From positions 68,725 to 132,724 of the forward strand of contig CABMDC010000004.1 in NCBI GenBank assembly GCA_902384795.1: DNA of 64,000 nucleotides, read 5' to 3'. Position numbers and translations under genes: made by a program. The notes below the pieces were generated by a model, which saw only the letters and a list, made by a program, of their open reading frames with translations, did no database searches and had not been told where the DNA came from. Within the stretch, counting starts at the first letter, position 1; every line of letters begins with the position of its first letter. The stretch is from Candidatus Gugararchaeum adminiculabundum. Lineage in GTDB: Archaea; Micrarchaeota; Micrarchaeia; Burarchaeales; Gugararchaeaceae. Positions 52,890-61,306 of this stretch are shown here, piece by piece.

Positions 52890-53399
52890 ATGGGAAAAGT
52901 TTACCGCGTTAATGACAAGCTGGAGTTATTGGAATTAGTTGACTTTAAGGAAGCGGATGAAAAGGAGATTCCGCAGGCTGTTTCTTTTGTGATTGTTGAA
53001 CGAAAGGATGGAAAGGTGTTCCTTCAGTATAGGCCTAAGGGAAGAGTGCGCAATCCCCTCAAATTCACTTCTTCCGCTTCTGGCCACGTTGATGAAGATG
53101 AAGACTATCTGGAAGCAGCTGGACGCGAATTGCGCGAAGAATTGGGGATTACAGTGGAGCAGAATAAGCTGAAGCTGATTGGCACTGTTCCCAAATTTAC
53201 GCATCGCGGCAAGGTTTACCTTGTTCGGACTGATTCACCCCTATTCCCAGACCCTGGCGAGGTTGATGCCGCTGGCTCTGGCTGGTTTTCCCTAGCTGAA
53301 GTGAAGGAAATGGTGGAGAAGACTCCGGAGAAATTCACGCGCGGTGGATTGCAGGCATTCCAGGCCTATTTGAAACACTCCCACGTAGGAAAGGCTTAG
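52890..53399 (+). CDS. Nudix hydrolase (YfcD/IDI-1-like subfamily)
   Basis: Nudix box GHVDEDEDYLEAAGRELREELG; LQYR and PEKFT motifs. Confidence 0.85.
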   Translation: MGKVYRVNDKLELLELVDFKEADEKEIPQAVSFVIVERKDGKVFLQYRPKGRVRNPLKFTSSASGHVDEDEDYLEAAGRELREELGITVEQNKLKLIGTVPKFTHRGKVYLVRTDSPLFPDPGEVDAAGSGWFSLAEVKEMVEKTPEKFTRGGLQAFQAYLKHSHVGKA

Positions 53400-53460
53400 G
53401 GACTTTGTTTGATGCCCGAATTGTGAAAATTATTTAAACATGCATAGCCCATATCTAACA

Positions 53461-54270
53461 ATGTACACTATTTTCGCGCCACCGCCAGGCATAAAAAAAG
53501 TTTCTGGAGGAGAGGCAGGCTTCAGGGAATTAAATATCCTGGAGAATTTACTGAACAAAGAGCAGCACAGGCTGTTCTGCAAGGCTGACGGCCTCATGAA
53601 ACTGCACCTGTTGAAGCTTTCCGGATCTCTTCGAAGAATCAATGTGGAATTTTTCTCAGTGCATCCTTCTGAGGAAGTGGGGCAGCTGGTCGAGCATTAT
53701 TCACAGGCGCATACGATACTTGTGAGAACTGACGCTGCGCACGTTGAGGTGAACGCTGAACAAAGGTGCGCGCAGCCCAGGGAAAAATTCGTGCGCCAGG
53801 GAAAAGCCGGGAGCGGGGAGAACGCGGCAAAACTTGAAAAGTTTTTGAAGAAGATTGAAGACTACGAGAAAAAATATGGGATCAGGCTGAACGCGGTTGT
53901 TCTCCATTTGCCTGAATTCAACTACTCCTATATCGGAAGCGTGCAGATTGACCACGAAAACGGCCTGATTGAGTTCAACCTGATGGAATTCCAGGAAGAC
54001 ACCGGGCGCCATGTAACTTTCAGGAAAATCGAAACCCAGAAGCCGCTGGCTTACCTGGAAACCGTAAAAGAAGGGAAGTCTTGCGTCACCATCGATAACG
54101 GGAACCCGAAAAACTCCTTTTTGGCGGAAAGCCTGAGGGAAACCGCATTTGAACTCCTAGAGCTGTACAGCCAGGGGTTTACGGAGATGGGATTTATTGT
54201 ATACGAGGAAAACCCAGTGCCAACAGCGTACGACTGGATCAGGAAGGAAACCTTTGATCGGGTCGGCTGA
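53461..54270 (+). CDS. Hypothetical protein
   Basis: Long ORF with typical codon use; TTTAAA box ~25 bp before ATG 53461; no recognised motif. Confidence 0.65.
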   Translation: MYTIFAPPPGIKKVSGGEAGFRELNILENLLNKEQHRLFCKADGLMKLHLLKLSGSLRRINVEFFSVHPSEEVGQLVEHYSQAHTILVRTDAAHVEVNAEQRCAQPREKFVRQGKAGSGENAAKLEKFLKKIEDYEKKYGIRLNAVVLHLPEFNYSYIGSVQIDHENGLIEFNLMEFQEDTGRHVTFRKIETQKPLAYLETVKEGKSCVTIDNGNPKNSFLAESLRETAFELLELYSQGFTEMGFIVYEENPVPTAYDWIRKETFDRVG

Positions 54271-54397
54271 AACCCACAAATCAAAACGGATTTAACGACG
54301 ATAGATAGTCACATTTATATTCTATGGCGTTGTTAATACTGTACTGTTTCTAGTAGAAGATTATTGCCTAGCAATAGTGCCGGGTGGGGTTGGGAGT

Positions 54398-55423
54398 ATG
54401 AGAATTGATCTGGTAGAGGAAAAGTTCACTTACGACGACATACTTATAGTGCCGCAGCACACTACGATTGGCAGCAGGACCGAGATTTCCACTGACCACA
54501 TATTTGCTGGCATCAAAGTCGGCCTGCCAGTGATAAGCGCTGCCATGGACACTGTTACTACCTTTGAAATGGCCAAAGCGCTTCAGGCAAAAGGCGGACT
54601 TGCTGCCTTTCCCCGCGAATCCAAGATTGAAATTGCCCGCCAGCTTGCCAAGGACAAGGTGATTACCTCATCTTTCTACTCCATTGGGGTGAATTACAAG
54701 CCCAATGAGCTTGAGGCACTGGACATTCTATCCCAGGCAGGCGGCAAGCAGCTCATCAACATTGACATTGCCCATGGAGACTGCGCCAAAATGGAAAAGG
54801 CGCTTGACTTCTATTCAAAGAAATACCCGAGCTTCATCCTGATGGCAGGGAATGTGGCAACCCCGGATGCTGCTCTTCGCCTGTCCAAAGCAGGGGCGGA
54901 CATAGTGAAAGCCGGGATTGGGCCAGGGGCTGTTTGCTCCACGCGCATCAATACCGGAGTGGGGTATCCCCAGGCAAGCGCCATAATGGAAGTGCGCAAA
55001 AAGTACGATGGCGCGCTTGTTGCCGATGGAGGGGTGAATTACATAGGGGATGTGTGCAAGGCGCTGGCAATTGGCGCTGATGCGGTGATGATTGGAAGGC
55101 TGTTTGCGCAGACATCCGAATCCGCTGGCAAGATTGTCGAGATTGGGGGAAAGAAGTTCAAGGAATACAGGGGAATGGCCTCGCCCGCTGCCAAGGCGAA
55201 CAGGAATGAGAAGGATTCAAAGCGGTTTGTTGAAGGGGAATCGTTCATGGTCCCTATTGAAGGCTCTGTTTTGACTGTTTTGGACAATATACGGGACGGA
55301 TTGCTTTCCGCCATGAGCTACTCGGATTCGCGCACTATTAAAGAATTTAAAACCAAGGCTGATTTGGTTCGTATTTCTGGTGCGACTGCGCGCGAGAACT
55401 CGATACGGAAGGAATTGAAATAA
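54398..55423 (+). CDS. guaB: IMP dehydrogenase/GMP reductase family protein lacking CBS domains
   Basis: TYDDILIVP, SAAMDTVT, DIAHG, GNVAT, GIGPGAVCSTR (catalytic Cys), ADGG, YRGMAS. The flap lacks the RY dyad, so GuaB vs GuaC is unresolved. Confidence 0.85.
   Translation: MRIDLVEEKFTYDDILIVPQHTTIGSRTEISTDHIFAGIKVGLPVISAAMDTVTTFEMAKALQAKGGLAAFPRESKIEIARQLAKDKVITSSFYSIGVNYKPNELEALDILSQAGGKQLINIDIAHGDCAKMEKALDFYSKKYPSFILMAGNVATPDAALRLSKAGADIVKAGIGPGAVCSTRINTGVGYPQASAIMEVRKKYDGALVADGGVNYIGDVCKALAIGADAVMIGRLFAQTSESAGKIVEIGGKKFKEYRGMASPAAKANRNEKDSKRFVEGESFMVPIEGSVLTVLDNIRDGLLSAMSYSDSRTIKEFKTKADLVRISGATARENSIRKELK
55392..55422 (+). repeat. guaB 3'-end direct repeat, copy 1 (within the gene)
   Basis: GCGAGAACTCGATACGGAAGGAATTGAAATA. 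Confidence 0.9.
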
Positions 55424-55520
55424 GCTGGAACTATAATCGAGGATACTAGGGCGAGGACTGGATGCCCGAGAGAAAGAAAACAATTTAAATAGTACAGCTA
55501 ATACAGTAAATGGGCATCGT

Positions 55521-55727
55521 ATGAAGGCAGATTTGGAAGTGCTGAGGGCTAAATTTCTGAAGGCGTATTCGTCAGTTCCGGATAAGCTTAGGGATGATGT
55601 AGTCGCCGTGGTAGACGACAAAACTTATAGCTGGAATTCTGCATTCATAGAAGTTAACGGAAAAACTCCCCTGGGAGATAAGATTATTAGGAAGCTCGAA
55701 GAAATAGGTATGTTTGGGCAGAAGTGA
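55521..55727 (+). CDS. Small hypothetical protein A (68 aa) of the protease triad
   Basis: Own TATA (TTTAAATA 55484-55491); GTGA overlap with the next gene; motif similarity to protein B. Confidence 0.8.
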   Translation: MKADLEVLRAKFLKAYSSVPDKLRDDVVAVVDDKTYSWNSAFIEVNGKTPLGDKIIRKLEEIGMFGQK

Positions 55728-55963
55728 TCCGTATGGGCGAAGATTACGTAAAAGAACTTGTTATAGCACGATTGCGGACTATTCCGCCGAATATTGGCTT
55801 TTCCGTAGGTTCCCATGGGGACTTCACAAGGGATGAAATAATCAATCAGGTCAGCAAAGGAACGGACATAGGAAAGGAGTTTGCTGCGATTGAAATCAAA
55901 ATGCTTATTGATACCCCGAAGCTGGTTGGTCGGTTAAGTGGAAAAACGCCTTCTTCTCACTAG
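55724..55963 (+). CDS. Small hypothetical protein B (79 aa) of the protease triad
   Basis: Coupled to both neighbours; KELVIARLRTIP..FTRDEIINQV..GTDIG. Confidence 0.8.
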   Translation: MIRMGEDYVKELVIARLRTIPPNIGFSVGSHGDFTRDEIINQVSKGTDIGKEFAAIEIKMLIDTPKLVGRLSGKTPSSH

Positions 55964-56579
55964 GTCAAGGCACGATATCGCCAACCAATACTTGTATGCT
56001 TATTCTGAGGAGATAATAGCAGAGGCGGATAGTTTAGGGTGGAAAACGGACAGAGTTGAAAACGAGAAGAACCAGAGGAAAGAAGTGGAATCCAGATTAA
56101 CGAAAAGCGCCTATGATTTCGTATTCTTTAACGGCCATGGAACGGATGAGTCTGTTTCCGGCCATGGAGATGAAAAACTTGTTGATGCCGGTTCGGCATC
56201 AATTTTGAAGGATAAGATAGTGTTTGCCCGGAGCTGTTCCGCGTTGAATACACTTGGAAAAGAAGCTGTCAAAAAAGGATGCAAAGCGTTCATAGGGTAT
56301 AACGGGCTTTTCTTTATTTCTTATACAAATGAATACCAGTCAACGCCGCTGAAAGACCCTACTGCAAGGCCGGTGATGGAAGTTTCAAATTTGGCAGGGA
56401 AGTTGATACTGAAGGGAGATACTGTTCAAACAGCAGTTGAAGCCGCCCAGCGCAAGGCAGGAGATTTAATCCTGAAAATGCTGGCTTCAAAAGAACCGTA
56501 TGATGCTGGAACTTTCAGGGCGCTTTACCAGAATTATATGACGTTTTCTTTTACGGGAGATGGGCAGGCGAAGGCGTAA
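55938..56579 (+). CDS. Caspase/gingipain-fold (clan CD) His-Cys protease-like protein
   Basis: FVFFNGHG (His), IVFARSC (Cys), AFIGY strand and terminal GD motif, as in C25/CHAT-like peptidases; no signal peptide. Confidence 0.7.
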   Translation: MEKRLLLTRSRHDIANQYLYAYSEEIIAEADSLGWKTDRVENEKNQRKEVESRLTKSAYDFVFFNGHGTDESVSGHGDEKLVDAGSASILKDKIVFARSCSALNTLGKEAVKKGCKAFIGYNGLFFISYTNEYQSTPLKDPTARPVMEVSNLAGKLILKGDTVQTAVEAAQRKAGDLILKMLASKEPYDAGTFRALYQNYMTFSFTGDGQAKA

Positions 56580-56581
56580 AT

Positions 56582-56626
56582 TACGGAAGGAATTGAAATA
56601 AACTAGGGACGGGGATATTGGGGACG
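56582..56626 (+). repeat. guaB 3'-end direct repeat, copy 2
   Basis: TACGGAAGGAATTGAAATAA + ACTAGGGACGGGGATATTGGGGACG, 2 bp after the protease stop. Confidence 0.9.
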
Positions 56627-56706
56627 AAGAAGGGATTGACGGACACTATTCAGCGGCAACGTAGACTAGTGACGTTTTTATACTACTTGAATTCCTATTA
56701 CCGGTT

Positions 56707-57558
56707 ATGTTCAGAAGGCAGAAAGTGTTGTTGTACCTGATGTTTGCGCTAAATCGCCGCGGAAAAAAGATAACAAAGACCTATTTAGACAAACTACTTT
56801 TCGTTTTGAGGAAAGAAACAAACATTGGAGATTTTGTCAAGTTTTACAATTTTTTCCCTTACAATTACGGGCCTTTTTCTAACCAGTTTTATTTTGATTT
56901 GGCTGATTTGTACAGCCATGCTTATTTGGCGGATGAATTCGAAGTAAAACTGCCTGCAAAAGAGGTAGAAGATTTTTTGAACGCCGAAGAAAAACAGCTG
57001 GCAAACAAAATCATAGAGAAATATGGTGATTATTCTACTGACCAGATTAAGGACTACGTCTATTCGACTTATCCGGAATACGCCCAAAAGAGCTTATTGA
57101 AAGCCCAAAAAGAGCAGGAAGGGAAACCAGGTATTTTTTCGATTGGCTACGAGAAGAAAGACATTGACCTGTTTTTGGATTTGTTGGTACAGAATGGCAT
57201 TGATACGCTGGTGGATGTGCGGGCCAATGCATTCAGCATGAATTTCTCCTTTACAAAATCAAAACTTGTGAATTACCTTGAGAAGGTGGGAATTGAATAT
57301 TTGCATGTCCCGGAATTAGGGATTAGCGGCGAATTCAGAAAAGGCCTGGATAGTGATGCTGATTATGTTAAGCTGTTTGAATTTTATCAAAGCAGCATTT
57401 TGCCAAAACAAGCGAAAAAAGTTGAAGAGGTATACGAGCTTGGCAGGAAAAAGCGGATTGCACTGCTGTGTTTTGAACAGGATAAGGGGCACTGCCACAG
57501 GGGAGTGCTAAGCAAAGAGCTGGAGAGATGCTACGGCGTGCAGGTGACGCATTTATGA
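56707..57558 (+). CDS. DUF488-family protein with N-terminal wHTH (SocA/Panacea- or DarG-C-like) domain
   Basis: N-terminal LDKLLF..FFPYNYGPFS; C-terminal IFSIGYE..LVDVR..YLHVPELG..ALLCFE..CHR. Confidence 0.85.
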   Translation: MFRRQKVLLYLMFALNRRGKKITKTYLDKLLFVLRKETNIGDFVKFYNFFPYNYGPFSNQFYFDLADLYSHAYLADEFEVKLPAKEVEDFLNAEEKQLANKIIEKYGDYSTDQIKDYVYSTYPEYAQKSLLKAQKEQEGKPGIFSIGYEKKDIDLFLDLLVQNGIDTLVDVRANAFSMNFSFTKSKLVNYLEKVGIEYLHVPELGISGEFRKGLDSDADYVKLFEFYQSSILPKQAKKVEEVYELGRKKRIALLCFEQDKGHCHRGVLSKELERCYGVQVTHL

Positions 57559-58322
57559 AAGAGAGATTGCTGGTGCTTGCCAAAGCAGCGCCGGAAGCAA
57601 GCCAAAAGTACGAAGAGCTCATTTGTGTTGCGGGGATTACAGACAAAGGAGAATGGAGGCGGATTTACCCAATTCCGTGGGAACTTTTTTTGAAGACAAG
57701 CGCTTCAAGGTTTAGAAAAAAATGGTGGATTGAATACGAGCTTGCTTCGGATAAACCTTCAGATTACAGGCCTGAGAGCAGAAAAATAAAGTTTGAGACC
57801 ATAAAGCCAGTAAGAGAAGCGTCGTTTAAAGAAATAGATGCGCTGCTTTCGCAAAGAGTCCAAACACTGGACGAAATAGGGGAAAAAGGAGTGAAAATCC
57901 AGTCGTTGGGCGTTGTGCAGCCAAGAGAAGTTTTAGATTTTCTTCCTTCAGACAACCCACATTATGAAAAACTAGTAACGATGGGCAAACAACAGGATTT
58001 GTTCGGCCAATCGGCAATGAAACTTAACCCGCCTAAATTCAAGTACAGATATAGATTCAAAGATGATGCCGAGGGAAAAATACACGAAAATCTGTGTGAA
58101 GACTGGGAGGCCGTAATGCTTTACATAAACTGCGAAAGAATGCGGCTTGCAGGAAGATATCCTGACGAAAAAACGGTCCATGAAAAAGTAAGGCAGAAAA
58201 TGCTCAGGGACATATTCAAGCAGGGGAAAGTATACTTCATAGTCGGATCGCATTACAGGTTTCCGACATTCATGATAGTTGGCGTCGTTTATCCGAAGAA
58301 AGAGGATATGAAACGTGGTTAG
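57555..58322 (+). CDS. Hypothetical partner of DUF488 (dual-OB-fold-like)
   Basis: ATGA overlap with DUF488; S.KYEELICVAGI..GEWRRIYP, DYRPES, SLG, EDWE, YFIVG..FMIVGVVYP. Confidence 0.75.
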   Translation: MKERLLVLAKAAPEASQKYEELICVAGITDKGEWRRIYPIPWELFLKTSASRFRKKWWIEYELASDKPSDYRPESRKIKFETIKPVREASFKEIDALLSQRVQTLDEIGEKGVKIQSLGVVQPREVLDFLPSDNPHYEKLVTMGKQQDLFGQSAMKLNPPKFKYRYRFKDDAEGKIHENLCEDWEAVMLYINCERMRLAGRYPDEKTVHEKVRQKMLRDIFKQGKVYFIVGSHYRFPTFMIVGVVYPKKEDMKRG

Positions 58323-58378
58323 AACTGTTTGAAGCATCCTTCTGGGCAATAAACAGTTAAGGTATCCTGCGGCTGGGA

Positions 58379-58436
58379 GCGAGAACTCGATACGGAAGGA
58401 ATTGAAATAGAACTAGGGACGGGGATATTGGGGACG
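58379..58436 (+). repeat. guaB 3'-end direct repeat, copy 3
   Basis: 31 bp identical to 55392-55422, followed by GAACTAGGGACGGGGATATTGGGGACG shared with copy 2. Confidence 0.9.
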
Positions 58437-58497
58437 GAGATTGGATCTCCGGACCTTAGATTTTTTATTCGTTTCTCACCAAATACAATGCGATTGA

Positions 58498-59931
58498 ATG
58501 TATAACGTAAAAGAAATAGATGAAAACGAAGCCATTGCAATTTTGTCTAAAGATGAGAGTCACTTTTTAGATTTCAAACATAGAAAAGTAAGCGGCAATA
58601 AATTCCAGAGAATTGCGTGCTCTTTTGCAAATTCCGATGGTGGCGAGATTTACGTAGGGATCTGTGATAAAAAAGAAACACCGGTATCTAATCAGCTTGA
58701 CCTTTGGGACGGACTAGAAAACCAGGAGGAAGCAAATACATTGCTTCAAAACCTGTATAACGAAATATCTCCCTCGATAGAACCGCGAGATGCAGAATTT
58801 TACAAAATTAAGGGAAACGACCAGAAAGGTTTAGTTCTGAGAATTTTGATAGATAAGAGCCCTAAAATTCATTATACCTCTGAGAAAAAAGTGTGGGTGA
58901 GAAAAAATGCGCAGTGTATAGAAATTCCTCCACAAGGAGTAGTTGACCTACAATTGTCAAAAGGAGTGACATCTTACGAGACACAATTTGTAGAAAATTT
59001 TGAAACAGAGAACTTGGAATCTTCTACTGCCTTAAGAAAGTTTTTGGATTACTATTCTCCAAAAAGCGAACCAAGCGAATTTTTGCGCAAGCAATATCTA
59101 ATAAGAAAAAAAGATGGCAAGGAATTTGCTACTTACGCAGCAGTTCTGCTTTTTGCAGAAACCCCTTCTGCGATTCTACCTAAAAAATGTGCAGTAAAAA
59201 TAAGCAGATACAATACTTCAGAAAATGAACCGGAAAGAGAGCACTTGGGGGAGCAGACAACCGTAGAAGGCCCGTTGTATCAACAGATTAGTGATGCGAT
59301 TTCAAGTATAAAAACAACTATAGGGGATATTTCTGTTTTGACTAGAGATGGCATGGCAAAAGCCGAGTATCCGGCAGATGCGATAAAAGAGATATTGGTA
59401 AACGCAGTTATTCATAGAGATTATAATATTTCTGAGGATATTCAAGTTTTTATCTTTAATAACAGAATTGTCATTAAGAGTCCTGGCCTTCTTGCCGGAC
59501 ATGTAACTACCCGGAATATTCTAGAAGAAAGATTTTCGCGTAATAATACAATCGTTAGGATATTGAACAAATTTCAAAATCCACCAAATAAAGATATCGG
59601 AGAAGGTTTGAATACTGCATTTCAAAAAATGAAAGAGGTTAAATTAAAACCGCCGATAATTGAAGAAAGGGATAACTCAGTGCTAGTTACATTACCACAC
59701 GAGTATCTGGCAGCACCGGAGGACATGGTTCTTGAATATCTGGAGAAACATGGGGAGATAACGAATAGTATTGGTAGAACACTTACTGGCATCAAATCAG
59801 AAAACAAAATGAAAAATGTCTTTCTTAAATTGGCGAAAAGGAATTTGGTGGAGAGAGTCCCGGATAAACAGAGCATAAACTCGGCGTGGAGAAAGAAAAG
59901 GATTGAACAGCCGATTAAACCCTCAACCTAA
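58498..59931 (+). CDS. Schlafen AlbA_2 + HATPase_c_4 + wHTH protein
   Basis: ESHFLDFK, SFANSDGGEIYVG, YP..AIKEILVNAVIHRDY, SPG, SRN, IGEG, ITN motifs; AT-richer than the flanks. Confidence 0.88.
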   Translation: MYNVKEIDENEAIAILSKDESHFLDFKHRKVSGNKFQRIACSFANSDGGEIYVGICDKKETPVSNQLDLWDGLENQEEANTLLQNLYNEISPSIEPRDAEFYKIKGNDQKGLVLRILIDKSPKIHYTSEKKVWVRKNAQCIEIPPQGVVDLQLSKGVTSYETQFVENFETENLESSTALRKFLDYYSPKSEPSEFLRKQYLIRKKDGKEFATYAAVLLFAETPSAILPKKCAVKISRYNTSENEPEREHLGEQTTVEGPLYQQISDAISSIKTTIGDISVLTRDGMAKAEYPADAIKEILVNAVIHRDYNISEDIQVFIFNNRIVIKSPGLLAGHVTTRNILEERFSRNNTIVRILNKFQNPPNKDIGEGLNTAFQKMKEVKLKPPIIEERDNSVLVTLPHEYLAAPEDMVLEYLEKHGEITNSIGRTLTGIKSENKMKNVFLKLAKRNLVERVPDKQSINSAWRKKRIEQPIKPST

Positions 59932-59973
59932 AAGGATAGAATCAATCTTCACCGGCATAAAACCCCGCCAAGC

Positions 59974-60006
59974 TTTAAATAGTGTGATGTGTCAATTTTG
60001 ACACAT
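59974..60006 (+). promoter_or_regulatory. MTase promoter with palindromic operator overlapping the start codon
   Basis: TTTAAATA (59974-59981), then ATGTGTCAA-TT-TTGACACAT (59987-60006); ATG at 60005. Confidence 0.65.
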
Positions 60007-61306
60007 GGCGAAGAAGATACAGGTAGTCTTTACAGACGAACAGTGGGATGTGATAGACACCCTCCGCGGCAGGATGGGGGAGAGCGACGCGGACCTGGTC
60101 AGGAACATCGCGATAGCCTGGATGTCGGAAAAGTCCATGATAAAGCCGCGTGGGAATTCCGATGGAAAATTCTATTTTGTGGATCTTTTCAGCGGAGCCG
60201 GCGGGCTTTCGAAAGGTCTTGAGATGGCTGGACTGACCTGTGCCCTGGGGGTCGACTTTGATAAGACCGCCATCAGGACGTTCAAGCGGAACCATCCACA
60301 ATCCGAGGTTTTCGCAGGCGATATTTTCAAACTCACGGAAGAAAAACTCAAGGAACTGATCGGTGACAAAAAAATCAGGCTTGTGGCAGGCGGTCCCCCC
60401 TGTCAGGGGATGTCGACCGTGGGTAAGGGAGACCCCAACGATCCAAGAAATTTTCTTTTCAAGGAGTTCGTCAGGGTGGTCGGCGTGTTGAAACCCGACT
60501 ATGTCCTGCTTGAAAATGTAACAGGCATGGTAGGACGAAAGAACCAGAACATAGTGGACGGAATAATCAAGGAGTTCGGCAGATATGGTTATAGGCTTGA
60601 GCCGAAGGTGCTCACTTCCAGCCAGTATGGGGTGCCTGAAAGAAGAAAAAGAACCATATTTTTGGGTAACAGACTGGGATATGTGGTGAAATGGCCGGAA
60701 CAAAAATTTGACTGGAACGGACTCCCGGCAAGAACGGTCGGCGAAGTGCTTCGTGATCTCTCCACAATTGACGGGGAGACATACAATCATGATGTGGAAT
60801 CCGCAGGGATAACTAATGAGACCGAACTGGCTAGGATCAAACACGTTCCGGAAGGCCGGGGTATACGCTATGAAGAGGATGAGGAGGCTTACTTACCGAA
60901 AGAACTCAAACTAGGAGTCGATTGGAAAACCATGAACGAGAGCAGATTCAGGCAGACCAAATATCAGAGACTTGACAGGCGTGAACCTTCGCCCACCATA
61001 ATGACAGGCAAATACTCCTATTATCATCCGACCGAAAACAGATTCATCACGGCTAGGGAAGCCGCCGCGATACAGAGTTTCCCTAACGAGTTCGTGTTCG
61101 AAGGCACGATCTCACAGCAGTGGCGGCAGATAGGCAACGCGGTTCCGCCGCTCATGGCGAAAGCCTTGGGCGAGGCTATCCTGAATACTGATGAGGAGAA
61201 AACGAATTCAAAAGTGTCGGATATTCCGATAGATAATGTCAGAAAGCACGCCTTCAACTACAAAGGGAGCGGCAACCCGTTTGGAAAGAAATCCAAAAAG
61301 GATTAG
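60005..61306 (+). CDS. dcm: DNA (cytosine-5)-methyltransferase with N-terminal RHH-like domain
   Basis: DLFSGAGG, GGPPCQG, ENV, YGVPERRKR, REAAAIQSFP, QIGNAVPP; N-terminal KKIQVVFTDEQW..GESDADLVR. Confidence 0.93.
   Translation: MAKKIQVVFTDEQWDVIDTLRGRMGESDADLVRNIAIAWMSEKSMIKPRGNSDGKFYFVDLFSGAGGLSKGLEMAGLTCALGVDFDKTAIRTFKRNHPQSEVFAGDIFKLTEEKLKELIGDKKIRLVAGGPPCQGMSTVGKGDPNDPRNFLFKEFVRVVGVLKPDYVLLENVTGMVGRKNQNIVDGIIKEFGRYGYRLEPKVLTSSQYGVPERRKRTIFLGNRLGYVVKWPEQKFDWNGLPARTVGEVLRDLSTIDGETYNHDVESAGITNETELARIKHVPEGRGIRYEEDEEAYLPKELKLGVDWKTMNESRFRQTKYQRLDRREPSPTIMTGKYSYYHPTENRFITAREAAAIQSFPNEFVFEGTISQQWRQIGNAVPPLMAKALGEAILNTDEEKTNSKVSDIPIDNVRKHAFNYKGSGNPFGKKSKKD

Noticed and set aside
52890-53399. 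Type 1 IPP isomerase completing the MVA cluster
   Set aside because: It lacks the catalytic Cys and the N-terminal His motifs and is not adjacent to the MVA genes; called a generic Nudix.
55392-58436. Repeats as a CRISPR array (GAATTGAAA resembles CRISPR repeat ends)
   Set aside because: The spacers are 1.2-1.8 kb of genes, the copies differ in length, copy 1 is guaB coding sequence, and no cas genes are present.
59975-60844. 289-aa minus-strand ORF
   Set aside because: Antisense shadow of the C5 methyltransferase.
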